A stretch of DNA of 64,000 bases. Source: Fimbriimonadia bacterium. Lineage in GTDB: Bacteria > Armatimonadota > Fimbriimonadia > Fimbriimonadales > JABRVX01. This document shows positions 59,957-64,000 of the stretch, in pieces. How positions within the stretch are numbered: position 1 is the stretch's first letter; each line of letters starts with the position of its first letter. Below the pieces are notes generated by a model. It worked only from the letters and a program-made list of their open reading frames with translations, made no database searches and was not told the origin of the DNA. Location: the NCBI GenBank assembly GCA_041483895.1, contig JBGPGO010000004.1, positions 1 to 64,000 on the forward strand. The letters are read 5' to 3'. The translations under genes and the position numbers were made by a program.

Positions 59957-60464
59957 GCGCGTGGACCGGGTAGCCAATGAGGTTGTGGCGTCCTTGGAGA
60001 TCGGTCAACTCGATCATAAAGCAATATCCCGCCACGATCCCGCCCAGCCGTTCGATGAGGCGGGCGGACGCGGCGGCGGTCCCCCCGGTGGCAAGGAGGT
60101 CATCGACGATGACCACTCTCTGGCCCTTCTCCACCGCGTCGGTATGGATCTCGACCGTGTTGGTTCCATACTCCAAGGCGTATTCCTCGCTTATCGTATC
60201 GGCCGGCAGTTTTCCCAGCTTCCGAACGATGGAGAACGGCACGCCAAGCTCCAGCGCCACCGGGACCCCGAGCAAGAATCCGCGCGACTCGATCCCGACA
60301 ATCACTTCCGCGCCCAAGGTGTCCGCATGATCCGTCATCAGGTTGATCACCTGGCGCAACGCCTCGGGCTGGCGAAAGACCGGGGTGATGTCGCGGAAAA
60401 GAATGCCCGGTTTCGGGAAATCGGGCACGTTCCGAATATGCTGTTTCGCAAGGATATCGCTCAT
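59943..60464 (-). CDS. apt: Adenine phosphoribosyltransferase
   Basis: DFPKPGILFRDI, ESRGF, RK.GKLP, Y.LEYG, DDLLATGGT. Confidence 0.97.
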   Translation of the reverse strand: MSDILAKQHIRNVPDFPKPGILFRDITPVFRQPEALRQVINLMTDHADTLGAEVIVGIESRGFLLGVPVALELGVPFSIVRKLGKLPADTISEEYALEYGTNTVEIHTDAVEKGQRVVIVDDLLATGGTAAASARLIERLGGIVAGYCFMIELTDLQGRHNLIGYPVHALIEY

Positions 60465-60587
60465 GGTCCGCTCCTAGACATGTTAGATTCGGTTGGACGG
60501 CGAAGATTCCTTTGGGGCCTTTGGCTTGATTTGCAACGTCATCGAGCGCGATCCTGTAACGGCAGTAGAAGAACATGGAGGTGCATT

Positions 60588-61721
60588 GTGAGATTTCTTT
60601 CTTTAGTGGTTCTCATTGCCGGTTCGGCGTCGATTGTAGCCCAGACGACCAAACCCGTCATCCATCGAACGTTCGATACCGTTGCCGACATCGAGGGCTG
60701 GAAGCCGTTCCGTGATGCGGACAAGGTGACCTTTGTCAAGCGAGCGGACAACGCCAACGACGTGCATTCCGGAGACGGCTCGATGGTGTTCACATACGTT
60801 GCGTCGAAGGGATCATTGCCCGTTCTGTTTTTCGAGGTTGGCGACGTTACGGAGATGAAGGCGGTCGATGTTTGGTTCAAGACCGACGCGTCAACAGCGA
60901 TTATCGTCGCCCTTGGGGAGCGGGACGAGCAAGTGGATGGTAAGAGCCAAAAAGGCGAGAGCTACAACACCATCGTTACCACAAAGGGCCACGAATGGAC
61001 CCACGCGACGATTCCTTTGGAGGACTTCCAGCTCGACACCAACGACGGCAATCCGCGCCGAAACGGCAAGCTCGACACAAACAAGATCGGATCGTTTGCT
61101 ATGGTGGACATCCTCTCCGTGTTTGTTGCCGGCGACGAGAATCTGACCTATATCTTTGGCGATCACAGTGGTACGCAGCGGATATGCATTGACGACTTCC
61201 AGCTTGCCCCTGCCTTTGTGGCGAAACGCGCGGTGTTGGCTGCGAATCGAACCCCAATTGACATGTTCAATCGCAACTACATTAGCTGGGTGCCGTCAAA
61301 AGGGGTCGATTTGAAACAGTCAATCATGCCGGGAACGGCATCGGGATTTGGCCTCCACTTGGATTATGAACGTGCTGCCGGAAAGTTCAACGCCATGTTC
61401 CGCCCGATCGAAATTGGCGCCTTTGCGAACGCGAAGAGCATGGACTTTCAGGTCTCCAGCAGCCAAGAGATCCAATTGATTGTCGGCATTGAGGAGACAG
61501 ACGGTGGGAAATGGAACATGATCCTGTCTATCCCCGGCGGCAATGCGGCGAGCAAGCAGGCGGTGGTGTTTGCCGAAATGAAGCCCGCCGACGACACCAA
61601 AGACTCGGATGGCAAATTGAGTCCGGAGAAAATTAAGTTGATCACTTTTGCCGACGCCACTCCGGATGCCGGGAAGGCGTCCCTAACATTCGGTGAGATT
61701 GTTGCCAATAAATCGCATTAA
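60588..61721 (+). CDS. Secreted protein with two CBM/CIA30-like beta-sandwich modules
   Basis: RBS GGAGGTG, signal peptide, W....IPL.DF...GKLD motif and a second related module. Confidence 0.6.
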   Translation: MRFLSLVVLIAGSASIVAQTTKPVIHRTFDTVADIEGWKPFRDADKVTFVKRADNANDVHSGDGSMVFTYVASKGSLPVLFFEVGDVTEMKAVDVWFKTDASTAIIVALGERDEQVDGKSQKGESYNTIVTTKGHEWTHATIPLEDFQLDTNDGNPRRNGKLDTNKIGSFAMVDILSVFVAGDENLTYIFGDHSGTQRICIDDFQLAPAFVAKRAVLAANRTPIDMFNRNYISWVPSKGVDLKQSIMPGTASGFGLHLDYERAAGKFNAMFRPIEIGAFANAKSMDFQVSSSQEIQLIVGIEETDGGKWNMILSIPGGNAASKQAVVFAEMKPADDTKDSDGKLSPEKIKLITFADATPDAGKASLTFGEIVANKSH

Positions 61722-61845
61722 TTCGTCTCAAGGCGGTCATCTGGTAACCGGGTATACGAAAGAATTTCGCAAAATACCCCTTTCTGGGGACACTTTACTT
61801 ATTCGCATGTCTACATAATCCGATACAGTTGCATCTCCGTTGCAT

Positions 61846-61965
61846 TTGGGAGCCGGGAAGAGACATTTGAACCCCGATGGGAATTTGGAGACAGCCGAGT
61901 TCCGGTACGCTAGAGTGGAAGTTGGGGGAACATGCGAGATTCCATGTCAACATTCCGGCTCCCAA
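61846..61965 (+). ncRNA. Candidate rod-like structured RNA
   Basis: Nested stems TTGGGAGCCGG/CCGGCTCCCAA, GACAT/ATGTC, CCCCGAT/GTTGGGG, GGAATTTGG/CCGAGTTCC. Confidence 0.35.
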
Positions 61966-62056
61966 TCGAATAAATCCGGCCAAGACACGTCCAAAAAGAG
62001 TATAATTCGTTCGTAGGCAAAACCACGTTTGTGGGCCTTTCTGCTGTTGAACGATT

Positions 62057-63772
62057 GTGTCAGGTCGTGATACGTTGGGCAAGAAAAATCAGGCGAGTCA
62101 GCCACCTGGTCCTCCAAGCGAAGGGCAATTAACTCGGCGCGAGGAGGAGATTCTTCTCGTGGCCGCTCAGGGATTGACTGACAAGCGGATCGCCGAGCAG
62201 CTGGGCATCAGCGCGGAAACTGTTACAACTCATTGGAAGAGGATTCGAGCGAAGTACGGCGCTTCCAATCGCGGAGAAGTGATCGCGATTGCCCTCGAGC
62301 GAAGGGCACAGGTTCTTCTCTTCGAAATCGCCCAACGCGCCCGCGTGGAAGATGAGCTCCGGAAACTGACGCGGGCCCTCGAACAGGCCCCGGTGGGTGT
62401 CATTATCGCGGATGCTTCGCGGGAGATCGAGTACGCAAATCCTGCCGCCGGCCGGGTATTCAATCGGCCCATAGAAGATCTGATCGGCAGCAGTACGGAT
62501 AGCCTCAGCGTGTTTGAGAAAGATGCCCGGGCAAAGCTCTGGCAAGACCTCCAATCCGGCCGGCAGGTTAGCTTTCAATTCCAACCGAAAAGTACGTCCA
62601 GAGATCCAAAGTGGTGCGGCGCGACCATTTCCCCGTTGAGGGACGTTGCCGGAGAAATTACGCACATAGTCGGGATATGCGAGGACATCACGGATCGCAA
62701 ACTGGCCGCACAAGCCCTGGAGGCGTCACAAGAACAGATTAAGACGATCCTGAGCATTGCGCCCATTATCCTTTTTGCGTTGGACCGGAACGGAAAGATT
62801 CTCGCGTCGGAAGGCCAAGGGATGCATTTGCTGGGACGCGAGCCTGGGGCATCGGTGGGCCAAAGCGTGTTTGATCTGTATGCCGACAATCCCAAGCTGA
62901 TCAGTGACGTTCAAAAAGCACTTGCCGGGATCGAAATCCAGGAGACTCAAGTCATTCTCGGTAGGATAGTTCAGGGCTGGGTGAAACCGACGTTCGGCGA
63001 AGATGGCGAAGTTATCGGTGTCCACGGTGTTTCCGTCGATATTACGGACATGCGGGAAAAAGAAGAGCTGCTTCGGCGGACGGAAGAGCGGTATCGCCTG
63101 GTCGTCGAGCAGGCCCAAGATGCCATCGTGATCACGACCCGGCAAGGTGACATTTTGGAAATCAATCGTGCGGCGTGCGACCTGTTCGGTTATTCGGAAC
63201 AAGAATTGGTAAACATGAACGTCGTGCAACTATGTGTTCCCGAAGATTTGGTGCGTCTGCCGATACAGCTTTCGGTGATCGCGGACGGCGAGTCAGTTCG
63301 GTATGACCGCTTGGTTGTTAGACCAGACGGCGCAATTCGCTCGATTGAGATCGTCGCAAGCAGTCTGTCCGATGGGAGAATGCTCTCCGTGGCGCGGGAT
63401 TTTACGGAGCGCAAACAAGCGGAAGACACTCTTCGATTGACCGAGGCAACGAACCTTGCTCTGCTGAATGCGATGCCGGATTGGGTGTTTCGGATCGGTC
63501 GCGACGGTAGGTATCTGGATTTCCATGGGGCTGCAAATAACAGTTTGCTGATGCCTCCGGAACAGTTTCTCGGCAAGACCAGCCACGAGGTGATGCCAAA
63601 AGAGATCGCGGACAAAACCTTGGAGGCGATTGAGAAGGCCCTGGCGGACGGCAATGTGGTGGCATTTGAATACGAACTGGAGGTTGGCGGGGCGGTCCGA
63701 TCGTTCGGGTGCCGGATTACCGCGTGCGGGCCGGACGAGGTGCTGGCGATCGTGGCCGAAAAGGGAGGCTAG
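62057..63772 (+). CDS. LuxR-type HTH protein with four C-terminal PAS domains
   Basis: LTRREEEIL...GLTDK.IA..LGIS.ETV.TH; repeated PAS/PAC DIT.RK motifs; no kinase or GGDEF domain. Confidence 0.85.
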   Translation: MSGRDTLGKKNQASQPPGPPSEGQLTRREEEILLVAAQGLTDKRIAEQLGISAETVTTHWKRIRAKYGASNRGEVIAIALERRAQVLLFEIAQRARVEDELRKLTRALEQAPVGVIIADASREIEYANPAAGRVFNRPIEDLIGSSTDSLSVFEKDARAKLWQDLQSGRQVSFQFQPKSTSRDPKWCGATISPLRDVAGEITHIVGICEDITDRKLAAQALEASQEQIKTILSIAPIILFALDRNGKILASEGQGMHLLGREPGASVGQSVFDLYADNPKLISDVQKALAGIEIQETQVILGRIVQGWVKPTFGEDGEVIGVHGVSVDITDMREKEELLRRTEERYRLVVEQAQDAIVITTRQGDILEINRAACDLFGYSEQELVNMNVVQLCVPEDLVRLPIQLSVIADGESVRYDRLVVRPDGAIRSIEIVASSLSDGRMLSVARDFTERKQAEDTLRLTEATNLALLNAMPDWVFRIGRDGRYLDFHGAANNSLLMPPEQFLGKTSHEVMPKEIADKTLEAIEKALADGNVVAFEYELEVGGAVRSFGCRITACGPDEVLAIVAEKGG

Positions 63773-63776
63773 ACAC

Positions 63777-64000
63777 ATGAAATTCGTCGGTTTTGTCGTT
63801 CTTCTTGTTCTCGCCGGCTGCCGGCCGAGCGGGGAGATCCATTCCGACATCGATGTCGGGGCACGGGATGCGGCGACCAAGTCCCTCCTGACCGACAGTG
63901 GCCAGGCGGTTGTCGAAGCCGACAACGAATTCGCTTTCCGACTTTTCGGGAAACTGATGGATGCGGAGCCGGGCACTTCGCTCTTCATCTCCCCCCTGTC
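63777..64000 (+). CDS. Serpin-family lipoprotein (partial, runs off window)
   Basis: RBS GGGAGG; MKFVGFVVLLVLAGC lipobox; NEFAFRLF...LFISPL serpin N-terminal motif. Confidence 0.8.
   Translation, partial: MKFVGFVVLLVLAGCRPSGEIHSDIDVGARDAATKSLLTDSGQAVVEADNEFAFRLFGKLMDAEPGTSLFISPL

Overview
GC-rich bacterial chromosomal window. The dockerin-like C-terminal tails, LuxR-PAS protein and zinc-ribbon membrane proteins resemble Armatimonadota (Fimbriimonadia); this taxonomy is an inference. Most of the window is housekeeping or accessory genes: mqnE, mgtA, cstA, lepA, argH, lexA, an E2 acyltransferase, a fadD-like ligase, folP, accA/accD, arginase, rnhB, yraN, a Nif3-like gene, NUDIX, two S41 proteases, rhomboid, yebC, glycosyltransferases and apt. 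It opens with the 3' end of an IS110-family element and ends in a partial serpin. Main observations: (1) a two-gene unit where a MauD/TlpA-like thioredoxin has an in-frame TGA at the first CxxC position (U-G-P-C, with a SECIS-like hairpin), followed by a Tat-exported 22-Cys two-repeat protein; (2) an unlisted 59-aa ORF between accD and accA that copies the AccA N-terminal helical region; (3) a CtpA-like pseudo-protease coupled to an intact CtpA; (4) several palindromic repeat families, some inserted in frame into enzymes; (5) two candidate structured ncRNAs; (6) a low-GC cassette resembling orphan toxin/immunity modules. All calls come from manual reading and motif recognition; no searches were run.
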